Assembly: GCA_000934665.2 (NCBI GenBank) | Contig: KZ538076.1 | Span: 1-64,000 of the forward strand | Length of the DNA: 64,000 nucleotides | Direction of reading: 5' to 3' | DNA from: Catajapyx aquilonaris | Taxonomy: Eukaryota | Part shown: positions 38,701 to 49,448 of the stretch, in pieces | How the letters are laid out: every line of letters begins with the position of its first letter | How positions within the stretch are numbered: position 1 is the first letter of the stretch | Notes under the pieces: generated by a model | What the model saw: only the letters and a program-made list of their open reading frames with translations | Database searches by the model: none | Told to the model about the DNA's origin: nothing | Position numbers and translations under genes: made by a program

Positions 38701-40504
38701 AATTAATATAGCCTCTACCCTTTTGTATTTTTGGCTGCCTGGTGAATGTTCCGCTGCAATAATATGCCCTATATTATGACTTCACGCGAATGTCGAAGTG
38801 CGGCGGCGGATTACAGTCCCGTTTCCTCCCGACGCATCTGCAGGTCCGTGCATAATTTACATCATGAACAGTAGACTTCGTATCCCGAAAGAGATCGGAT
38901 TAATGAGAAGCTCTCTTGCCTTGGATTTGCTTGAGGTCGATCATACCGGAGAAAAATGTAAAGATTATACTTAATGGCCTTGGGCCAGTGAGGGCCGAAT
39001 AAATTATCATGACCATAGTCAACCAACTATCCCGGAACACACAGTGAACACTATACATTTTTAATGTTTCTCACAAGACAGCTCTCTTCCTCTGCAAGAC
39101 AAGTAATAAAAATGGGGTTTTCAACGTCAACGTTGATCACTTTTTTATTACAACTTCGACGCGTAATTTCATTATTCGAATGCCGAGTAATGTGAAGACC
39201 TGATATGCAACATTGATTCGAAGTATGAGGAATTAAATTGCATTATCCATTAGGTCCTATTGTGAAACTTTCTTTACAAAAAAAATATCTGGAACTGTAA
39301 CAAATATTCTTCGGTTTTTTACAATACGATTTTCATTAATTATCTGCTTAAGGGGGTAGGAATAAGAGTTAAGGATCACTTATGCAAGAACTAGTTAAAG
39401 ATCGAAAAATCTATTAGAGCCAATCAGGGCCACATTAACCTATCTTGAGTGTTGAAGTCAACAAACAATATCCTCTTCACCCTCTCCCCTCTTAAACTAA
39501 GGACGCGGGCAATGCATTTAAATATGCCAATATGTACCGCATTTGATGTGGACAATAGAAGCCAAGGTCCTTTGGAAGAAAAGAAATATGGAATCATCTT
39601 GGGAATTACACTACACATGTGAATCAGGTTACATTTTTGAGACAGTCGTTTTAAAAACAATTGCGACCATTTTTTCTAGACCAAATCAAGTGGAGTTAAC
39701 TCTTTTGTCAGTGAAATAATTTCACATGCGGCCAGGAAAATTTTACATTGGCAAAAAGCATCAATTTTATGAAAGTACAATGCGCACATGATACAGGGAT
39801 TAAGCCCTTTTTGGTCCAGTAATACAGGTAGGCTACACTATACATAACCACCCTGAGGCAGAACACGAGAGTGTCAAAAAGAATATTCAAATTTAATTAG
39901 TCGCTAAGGAACAACTTTTAAGCACGATCTCGGTGTTTTATGATCAAATACTTCCAGACAACTTCACTCCTGTACAGTACTGTACTGTATATACAATTTA
40001 GTAGTGTAATAAACATCCTTAGATATCATCCTGGAAGTCAGCTAACCCAAGCACCTCTCTTGGTTCATATGCTGCCGCCATTTCAGGGGCTACACTTTTC
40101 AATAATAATGTTCTGCATTGGTAGTACCGCAGGTAGTAGCCTACTGTACAGTACAGTACAGTGCTATAGATGTAGCGTGGTGAATGCATGGAAAATAAAA
40201 TAATTTTTGGACAGACCCTCAATGTCCCACATATACTGTACTTCTAGAGATGAACCTCTCATCATACCCAAAAGCCTTTTAAAAATTGAGAATCACTACC
40301 TAAGGGACAGTAACACTGTACAGTGTAGCCAATGGATGACGTCACTAAATAGAACTGTAACGTTTTCCACATTAGGTTTCAGGGTGAGCATATAGAAAGC
40401 CAGATGGCCTATTTTGTAGTTTGTAGCCAATATTAGTAAGGTTCGTAAGTGTAAAATTGTGCTTGCTCAGGCTGGCCGTCAGATTTGTTCCTCGCAGAGA
40501 AAAG

Positions 40505-40640
40505 ATGGCAAGGCTGAGCGTGACATTGAGTTGGATTCTTGTGATGCTGGCGGCTGTCGGGCCTAGTCTGGCTCAAACCGAAGCTCCTCATTCCAAACAC
40601 TCCAGCTGGATAGAGAGGCAAATAGACCAACTACAACCAG
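40505..40640 (+). CDS. Tk: Tachykinin-related peptide precursor, coding exon 1 (signal peptide)
   Basis: ATG at 40505 (aaagATGg). Encodes MARLSVTLSWILVMLAAVGPSLA-QTEAP..., a hydrophobic signal peptide with an S-L-A cleavage motif. Donor CAG|GTAAAT at 40641 is phase 1 and joins the next exon in frame. Confidence 0.9.
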
Positions 40641-40873
40641 GTAAATGAACTCCTTATTTGCCGGCAGCATGTCTTTTGCCTGCAACCTCTTTTGCGATTC
40701 TCTTATTCTATTAAGTCTTTTAGCTCAGACTGTTGACTTTTTGCTCCCTATGTGGCCTTGCTACCTGCCGATGTGATTCCACAGACAGGCGGACTTGATT
40801 GCCTGAATCTTTCATAATTCAGCACTTTCCTTAAGCTGCTTTTTAACCCTTTTCAGGCAGGTAGCATGCAAGT

Positions 40874-41251
40874 GGAATACACCCCATGTCGGCGCCTTGC
40901 ATTTCGTCGTTACCCATTTCGCCGCAGTGTTATCTTGCCGTCACCCCATTTCGCTGCTTTCATATCGGAAAACCGAATGTGGCAGTGGCAGGGGTACGCT
41001 GTACCAACATGACCTAACCTAACCTTCCTTCCTTGCGGATACAGGCCTATCTTCAGCGGATACAGGCATTTTTCCCCTTCACAACCCCACACTAATCATT
41101 GCATTTTGGAGAATCCAGTTTGTATTAATGTGTCTTCGTGAAGGCCTAGCAGTTTCGTAGGCGGCGATATGGGGCGCTGAGAAATGGGAATGATTCATCG
41201 GAGAAAATCGGAGCGGCGGCGAAATGCAAGACGGCGAAATGGGGTGATACC
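40874..41251. mobile_element. Merlin-like non-autonomous DNA element in Tk intron
   Basis: GG...CC termini (ggaatacaccccatgtcggcg / cggcgaaatggggtgatacc), subterminal catttcgccg repeats, internal ctaacctaacc, flanking direct repeat TGCAAGT. Confidence 0.6.
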
Positions 41252-41374
41252 TGCAAGTGTGCCATAATATTTTGTTCGATGGCAAATTGTATTCTTTGCA
41301 ATTACGATGTTGCTCATAAAATGCAGGCACCAATGGTCTAGTCCCAGTCCTTACAGTAGTTCTTTCTTGTCCAG

Positions 41375-41737
41375 GTTTGACATTGGCCGGACACCCGGAG
41401 TCATCAGGTCCCGCAAAGCGTGATCTGGGCAGCCAACTGAAGCAGGAAGAAGATCGCGTTCGGAAGGATCTGTCTGGTTTCTTCGGCTCCCGTGGCAAAA
41501 AGATGCTCCACAACCCAGCTTTACTGTCACGATTGGCAGGCAGCTTCCTCAACCCCTACGTGGATGAAGAGGTCAAAAGGGCTCCATCAGGATTCTTCGG
41601 CATGAGGGGAAAGAAGGCGCCCTCTGGTTTCTTTGGAATGAGGGGCAAGAAGACTCCTTCTGGATTCCTGGGGATGCGAGGCAAAAAGTCTGAGGAGGAT
41701 GGAATGTATCCCATGGATCAGTTCGACAGGAGTCGAT
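41375..41737 (+). CDS. Tk: Tachykinin-related peptide precursor, coding exon 2 (DLSGFFGSRa, 2x APSGFFGMRa, TPSGFLGMRa)
   Basis: Acceptor ttctttcttgtccag|, donor T|GTAAGT. Repeated FxGxR-G-KK units flanked by KR/KK/RK are the protostome tachykinin signature; TPSGFLGMRamide is a known crustacean TRP sequence. Confidence 0.96.
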
Positions 41738-42085
41738 GTAAGTCAAGCTACAGTGACATTTAAAAAAAATTGATTTAATACATCTTGCTATTAAATCAGT
41801 GTATAAGAGACACCATACCAGTGCCACTCGTTGTAGCAGCAGTTGTTGTCATTTAGAATCATCCGTTAATGTTTCTGTTTTAATTAGTTTCTACCACAAT
41901 GACCGTGATAACGGCCTGAAACAAAACCCACGGCACTCTGCCCCTACTTGGCTTGCAGCACATCGCATGCTACGAGGTTCTAAGTGCAGGTGGAGTTATA
42001 ATCTTGGAGTTATAATGTGACACGCAACATTCAGCAGTACTTACATGCAATCCTGTTTGATGTTGCCACTATAAGCTTGAATACG

Positions 42086-42345
42086 AATTGCGTTGGGCTC
42101 CATTCTTTGCACCTCTGAGGTCCCGAGTTAGATCCCCGGAACGGACGTCGGACACTTTCTCATGTGAAAGGAGTTTTGATGGGTTCTCTCCATGCTTGCG
42201 TGGAGATTCTCGGGGTTCTCCCGTTTCCTCACATATTCTACAAACTTCTCTTCCCCTCTTACCTCCTCTTATTCCAGATAGATTTAGTTGCTTTGGTTCC
42301 CCCAATATATCTTTAGGAATCAATAACCCACCCACAGGCCAATTA
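42086..42345 (+). mobile_element. V-domain-like SINE in Tk intron
   Basis: Decayed B box GAGTTAGATCC, body ttctctccatgcttgcgtggagattctcggggttctcccgtttcctcac. Homologous to 3183-3400. Confidence 0.6.
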
Positions 42346-42464
42346 AATTTAAAGTTTGTTACACAGTAGACTATGAGTGCCCTCTTCTGAAGCTGATGGT
42401 CAACATCAGTCTGCTGATCACAGGATAAAAATTGCTGGCGATATAATAAGCATTTTTATATCTT

Positions 42465-42601
42465 TTCGTGTTCGCGTGGGTTTTCTCGGGGCTCTCCCGT
42501 TTCCTCCCACTATCAAAATCCATCACAGCAAAGGCAATGATTAAAGACGGATATTTAAAAAGATGATCCCCTATAAGAGCCCCAAGGAGGCCTATCACAG
42601 T

Positions 42602-42682
<81 letters not shown>
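42465..42682 (+). mobile_element. 5'-truncated V-domain-like SINE with (TTA)n tail
   Basis: cgtgttcgcgtgggttttctcggggctctcccgtttcctcccac, followed by ~80 bp of (TTA)n at 42603-42682. Confidence 0.6.
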
Positions 42683-42685
<3 letters not shown>

Positions 42686-43260
42686 CAAAACTTTTTAAGA
42701 GCTTTCTTGATAATTTTTCTGCCTTATTGGACGGTCTCTTCCTTTTATAATAAATTATGTGAAAGCTTCACTTGTTATTATATTCAAATGGGTTTCAAGT
42801 TGGATTTCTGCGAACACCGTGGTTTTGTGATTACCGCAGTAATTAGTAATGTGCAAACGACGTTGTATGCTCGAAACACATTATTATAATATTAAATTGC
42901 CCATCTGCTTCGTTTGCATAGCAAATAGCATCACGATAATTTGGAAGCCTGGAACTGAGGAGTAAAGTGACAGAAACGTATTCCACCAGTGGGAAGTGGC
43001 AGTTGGAAATGGTACAGGAATGTTGTCCATTCCAGATGACCGCATTTCTGTTGATAACATTCCACACATGGAGTGATTGGTGCAGGGTTGGTGTCAGTGA
43101 GTCCTGAATTGAATTGTCCAATATGCACTGACTTTACTTGTAATTTCAGCTTAGCTATAAGAGTGCAACTTCACTGCTGGAAGCATTTCAAATAGTCGTA
43201 GAACATCTCATTTGCGTGATTCAACTTTGTAGCCATAAATTTATTACAAGACATTTTCAG

Positions 43261-43470
43261 CAGTAGCGGCAATGCTGCCATGGTCCCAGGATGTGAGCAA
43301 CTGGCTGAGTCAAATGCATCAGTTAGAATCGAATTACGACAGCACCGGTATGGGAAGTGGTGGAGAAGATCCTGTTGATCCATCAGATGACCAGAACCTT
43401 CACTTCCTAATGGAGGCCAAACGAGCTCCAAATGGCTTCTTAGGAATGCGCGGAAAGAGAACTGCGCAAG
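43261..43470 (+). CDS. Tk: Tachykinin-related peptide precursor, coding exon 3 (APNGFLGMRa)
   Basis: Acceptor acattttcag|, phase 1 on both sides. Encodes an acidic spacer followed by KR-APNGFLGMR-G-KR. Donor AAG|GTATGT at 43471. Confidence 0.93.
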
Positions 43471-43821
43471 GTATGTAACACTAAGCCATTTTTATTATTT
43501 ACCGCCAAAAGATGAACATTGTAAGTTAATTTAACTTTGATGATATCAGTTGCATCAGAACGACAAATTATCAACATCAAGGAGAGGAGCAAGAGCTCGG
43601 CGAATGCCGTGTCTCCCAATTATTATGCCTGAAAATAATATGTGAAAAGATATGAAATTTGGACGTCTCGAAATTACAATTTCCTTCATCAAGGCTAACA
43701 TCATTAGGGCACAAGCAGATTGTTATTACAGTTTGTTACAGTTTTAAATGTCAGAAGCTGATCATCTTCTGAGGATATATTTTTAATGATTCTAATAATG
43801 CTTCTTCCTTACCTTTCACAG

Positions 43822-43880
43822 GTTTCATCCGAATTGCGCCTTTGGGCCCGAAGAATGCTGACGAAAAGGATCACGCGTGA
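43822..43880 (+). CDS. Tk: Tachykinin-related peptide precursor, last coding exon
   Basis: Strong acceptor cttcttccttacctttcacag|. Phase-1 join gives GFIRIAPLGPKNADEKDHA*. Total CDS 768 nt = 255 aa. AATAAA at ~44048. Confidence 0.75.
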
Positions 43881-46363
43881 TCACCAAAACGCAAAATGAA
43901 TTGAGAAAAAAATAATAATTGAGGTACTAAGCAAGTAAACAGTGTTTCTTTGTTTTGTTTCTGTCACTGTGTAGAAGCAGTATACCGCTGGCTGAAGGCC
44001 CGATTCATTCTTATTAAGTTTCCACTTCATCTCTTGTAGTAAATGAGAATAAAATCCCTGTAAGTCCCCCACACCTCTGACGTTACATTCCGATCCGAGT
44101 TTCAAAGAAAAAAGAGGCTGGATACATTCCGTTCACTGTTGGTGGTTCGTTTATTTTGTAATGATTTTTTTGCCGTAGGTGCAAACATTTAGTCCCATAC
44201 ATGGCCATACATTTGCATCAACGGCAATATCCGGCGGAATTCACGTCAGAGTTTCAGTTCGTGTTTTTCCATGCTTTCTTGTAGAGTTTGCGTTCAACTG
44301 ACAATTAGTTATTATACTTAATAACGATTATTATCTGCGTGTAGAAGCACTGTTGGTTATGATAAAACAAATAAGAATCATGGCTTTGAATTTACTTCTG
44401 TGCCCCCAGTAAAGTGACCAAATCAGCAACATCTCACTATAACATATAAGACTCCTGTCCTTTGTTTATTATTGCTTGCAAGCAGCTCATAGTTGTACAC
44501 AGTGCATTAGATAGATGATTGTAAACACTTGTGCAAAAGGTGACATAATTATAATCTGCATACTACAAGTTCTATTTTTTTTTGAGCAACTGCAAAAAGG
44601 TCCTAAATTTCACAATACTATGGCATCCCAGAAGAAAAGAAGCGACCACGAACTTCCTGCCCGATAAGGATTATACGGTAAGGTTGTTGGACATTATAAT
44701 GAGAATGATAATAAAATAGGAGAGAATGAAGCTACAGGAATGGTAATTGAATGGTCTGAAATGAATGAAATATGGTGATCCAAGAATTGACTTGAATGCA
44801 ATTGAATGGCGCCTTTCATTAAACTGCTGGCTCCAATATGATGCATATTGTCCTCTGCAGAGAAGCTCTCATCGACGCCAACGATAGATTAGTCATTGTA
44901 ATAAATTTCAGAGCCCTGGTAACACAAAGAAATTCCAACTTTTGAGGTCTCCACACCCATACCCATATCTTCCTTATAGTCTTTTGTTTTCAGTACGATA
45001 TGATAATAATAATAATTCGGCAGTATTAAATATTATTCTCTAATTTATTGCTAATTTTCATTCCCATTACATTTATAAGGTAATCATTCAATCCATGGCT
45101 AATTGTGTTTTTTTTAATTAATGCAGTTAATAAAACACTGATTGAAAATGAACTAGCCATAAAATATCTCGTTAGTGACATCCTCAAGATTGGGTCGCCC
45201 AGATGAACCAACTAGTTATTTTCCCTCCCATTTTCTGACTTGAATAGGAGGCGGAATGTAGTTTAATTTGGATAATGTGAATCAACCCAGTAATTCCCAG
45301 TAAAAGTTAGAAAAATGCTGAGCTATATAGACGGTGCTCCAATTGAAATTTCTGTTGTGATTAGCAATTTTTGGCACTAAGCTGCTTGTTTTGCAGATAC
45401 TTTCGCGTATAGCTGCAATTAGTGTCTATGAACCGTTAGCTACTATTAGATAGTGCAGATTCGGCATTTTTAATGCCTGCAACGGGATTTCGCCTGTAAA
45501 AATTGGACTCAATTTATTGACGTTTTATGTCAATGGCAACTTTTTCCAATTGGGTCATCATAGCAATGTAGAGTACATGTGAAAATTGTACTGCACTTGT
45601 CCAACTTAAGAGGGAAAAAATAAAGCGTCCATCTTCCAAGGTAGAGGGGTGTCCAACTTAGCAACATTACAGGAGATAGGCGTTTTTATGGTTCCAAAAA
45701 TAATGTCCAACATAGGGAGGTGGCCAACATATTAAGGTGTCCTACTTCACAGGTTTCACTGTAATAGGGCGACTCGATCGGGGTGCAACAAGTTACAAAA
45801 AATTAATACCAGCTTCGAGCGAAATTTCCTATACCGGTATACCTAAAGCGACCCGCAAACTTGGAACACCCTGTATGTTTAATGAGTTCTTAAATTCTCT
45901 GAACCTATTGGGTATTCTTGGGACAGAAAATAATGTGCTTCAGAAGTAGGAACGAATGTCCGACTTTGGAGTTGTCTTGTGCTGGTCTTTGTCACGTTGT
46001 TCTGTGCTCTTGCTCCGCGGTTTTAGATGCACTGTAGCCTACTCTGTACACTATTATACATGTTCAAACTGGAACCATGTTTGTTTTTCCTTCTTGGCAA
46101 TTATTTTGTTACTTTCGATCACAATTCAAAAATAGACAAGATGCACCCTTTCGATGTATCAGGTCCAACATGTCTGTCAGGGGGAGCTCGGGGCGAATCC
46201 AAAAATTATGTGACTCGAAACAGGCGCGAAAGTCCCACTGATTAGGTAAGAACTACTTCTTAGGGCTTACTGTAGCCAAATGTGCAGTTCTGAATAAAGA
46301 TTTGTGCAGTCAGAACATAGCAGACAAGTCTGTTATATCCGGATTTAACTGCACTTGTACATT

Positions 46364-47238
46364 GGCACTGCTGGAAATATGAAGGGACCAATCTTTCTAC
46401 TAGCTTATATCCGATGTGCTTACAGTATAAGAGGATTCCATTGTACTTTGTCAGTTACATTCACCTAAGCGTGTGTTACCTTCAACAGAATTTTTTTTCT
46501 CCTGCCGCGGGCTTATTGGCACTTTGCTCATTTCCCCTATTACGACACGTTGAGCAGACCTTCTGTGCGGTTCTAAAAATTCATTTGAACAATCTCTGGT
46601 ACTTCTGTACATTCCTAAACTACTTACTGGACTACTTAAAAGCAGTGAAGTAGTCGCAGTGCTGTCGTAGTGCCTAGATTTAGGGGGAGGGGGGGGGGCA
46701 ATATTTGAAATTACTTTCCAGGGAGGCCCGATGTGGCAAAAGGTTGAGAACCGCTGGGCTATACACATAAGTTAACAAAAGAGGGTTCTTTGGCTCCGTC
46801 ATATCACTGTGCTTTGCACCCTCACACTGACATTCATGTAAAGGCACCATCTAGCACAGTGGTTCNGGGGGGAGCGTGAGGCCATGAGAAATAAGTAAAA
46901 TAATGTAACATGATTCCGCTTGGCGCTGCTGGATATATGAAGGGACCGACTTTTCTACTTGCTTGTATCCGATGTGTTTGCAGTCTGTAGGATTCCACTG
47001 TACTTTGTCAGCTACATTCACCTAAACTTGGGTGACCTTGAAGCAAAAAAAATTGCCTGCGGCGGGCTTATTTGCCCTTCTGTTGTTTCCCCTATTTCGA
47101 CATGTTTTCGTTCCTCAGTTATAAAAATATTTTTCACGAAACTCTTGCTGAAATTTATTGGAACCGGGAGAGGGGGGGCGTGAGTGTTTGGTGAAAGCGA
47201 AAAGGGGGGCTTCATGACGAAAAGGTTGGGAACCACTG
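46364..47238. repeat. Diverged local direct duplication, each unit followed by a hAT right end
   Basis: 46364-~46550 matches 46921-~47105 (tggcactgctggaaatatgaagggacc...gattccattgtactttgtcagttacattcacctaa). hAT ends ggttgagaaccgctg (~46757) and ggttgggaaccactg (47238). Confidence 0.7.
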
Positions 47239-47492
47239 ATTTAGCATGTACAAACTGATATCTGTGGCTCTTGGTTATTGGTTTGTGTTTTGAAACAACA
47301 AGCCATTATGTGCAATTATGTTGCATGTAACAATATAAAACTGCAGGGAACATACTTTTTTGTAGTTTCCCGTAATTAAGAAATCGTATTTGGTTCACAC
47401 CAATCGGCTTGTATTAGTACAGATCCTTCCATATATAGCAAGATTCTAAATAAACCTTTTTATCATCTGCATAATACTTCGCAGGTTACATC

Positions 47493-47745
47493 TTATGGTC
47501 CTGTGGTGTACATTCTCTTGTTCTTGGATCGTGGAGAGTGGCCAAGTGTCTTCGATTTCCCATTAAAGTCCAGCACGTGTGTTGCTGGTTTCTCTTCCTC
47601 GGACCTCTGCCTGAATGGAGGCTGCAGCAATTTGCTAGATGGTAATATTCCTGACTTGGAAACTTTTGCTTGAGCCCTTCCTTGAGACTTCTCAGTGGAG
47701 GTAACATTCTGACCTGGCATGCCTTTGTAGTTGCCCATTTTGGAC
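47493..47745 (-). CDS. Uncharacterised coiled-coil protein, probable last exon (basic, disordered tail)
   Basis: Acceptor tgtccatcag|. Phase-2 join keeps the frame: RSKMGNYKGMPGQ...KNKRMYTTGP*. Full model 1959 nt = 652 aa. Confidence 0.6.
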
Positions 47746-49034
47746 CTGATGGACATTGTAATATCATATATGAAATTATGAAAGTATCTGATGGTGACAA
47801 GGCCATGTGTGTAATTATTCTCAGTTTCTGGTCCACTTCCAAAGTTTTCCAATACAGTATAATTATGACGATATATGATTACCTCTCATAATATTGAGTC
47901 CCATTGTGCTGGTATTATTTTAGTCCCTCTAAATGACCTACAAAATATGAAAAAAATTCTAAAGTTATGATGCTTTAATTACGTATTGACTCTTGCAGAA
48001 TTTAGGTCAGCAATAAATTCACAAATATACCAAGTTGAAATATAATACCATAATCATGATCTTATGCTATGTGATTTAGGAAATAAAGCACGCTCGCAGC
48101 TTAGGATGGTGGCACTGAAAAAGCTATAAATGTTTTGCATGATTGTGATAAGTGTATATTGATTAGAGATGTGGATAATGCCCAGGATTATGATTATGAT
48201 AACTTGATAAGGCAGCTATTTTAATGCATTTTTCCCATGATAATATTGCTCAGGTTTAATTGACTAAATCATCATGGAAATGTGGACTAATGGTGTGAAC
48301 TAGTGATTTGAGAAAAATTCATAGTTGCCATTTTTAATATTGGTAAAGTAAAATGCTGGCTATTATGAAGTACCCCACTATCACAGATAAACTTACAGCA
48401 ATCAGCATGGGCACGGTGTGGTGCAGAAGAGCAATAAAGTATCAATAAAAAGTAAGAAAAAATGACTGTAGGTCGTATATGGGCCCAATTTGTACTTGAA
48501 ATGAATATTTTATATTAATCCATTTTTATTGTGGTCACAGTGAACATTTTATTCAAGAAAAGCATAAATAAAGCCACGGTATACTCACAGTGATTCCGGA
48601 GGGCCTCAAAAGGTTATAATCATAATTAATTTTAATATTTTATGCATAATAAACATGTAAAATATGTGAATTTAAGTAAGCTTTTGTATGTGACAGTCGC
48701 AGAACTGTTCTAGGATGAAAATGAGAGAATGGCAACAATCTAATCATGGCAGACCCATTTAGGTTACAGGCAAATATCCGGGAATTATTACACACACTGA
48801 ATTTAAATAAAAAAAAATGAATTTAGGGGTACTTTCCAAATTAATATTTATTTACAATGATTTACTTGCTGATGATCTCATTGAAGGGAAAGGTTTAAAA
48901 TTATAAGCCGTATAGTAATCCAATAAATGCATAACATGCTGGTGTAGAAAAATGTTAGTTCCTTAAGGTGGCCTTATAACCCTGAGGGCATATGACACCT
49001 TATTGCTGGCCAATACCTAGTGCTTATATCTCAC

Positions 49035-49448
49035 CTTCCACTGCTGAAGACGACTTTGCGACTCTTCGGTGGTGATTCTACATATGTGATGGTAGCTGAG
49101 GGCAGCGCACTCTCCCGGAGGATGTCTCTCTCCGCTTCCACCTTTTTCAGAGTCTCCCTCAGAGATCTAATCTCTTCAATGCTTTTCTTTAACTCCTTCT
49201 CCATAGGCTCCACCCGGAAAGATACCTCTTTCTTCATGACTGCTAAGTGGTCATTGCTGACCCTCAGTGCAGCGCTTGTTTCATCCTTTGCAAGTACCAA
49301 TTCTGTGCGCAAATCTTTTAACTGCTTCTTCAGCTCCTCGTTCTCATCTAGAATGCTCTTCTCCTTCACTACAGAATCGAGAGACTGGCGCGGAACTGTA
49401 CTCGTCATTGGTCTATCACTCTTTACAGGCTGGCTATCGCGGGCACAC
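49035..49448 (-). CDS. Uncharacterised coiled-coil protein, exon
   Basis: Acceptor ttgtctctag|. Encodes ...ENEELKKQLKDLRTELVLAK...LKKVEAERDILRES. Ends at AG|GTGAGA, which is both a donor and, if unspliced, an in-frame TGA (49031-49033). Confidence 0.82.

Noticed and set aside
41575..41688. Regular 33-nt repeats as a CRISPR-like array
   Set aside because: They are tandem peptide paracopies within the Tk CDS, with no spacers or cas genes, in eukaryotic DNA.
41377..41763. Natalisin precursor
   Set aside because: All peptides have the FxGxRamide glycine typical of tachykinins rather than the natalisin FxxxRamide pattern.
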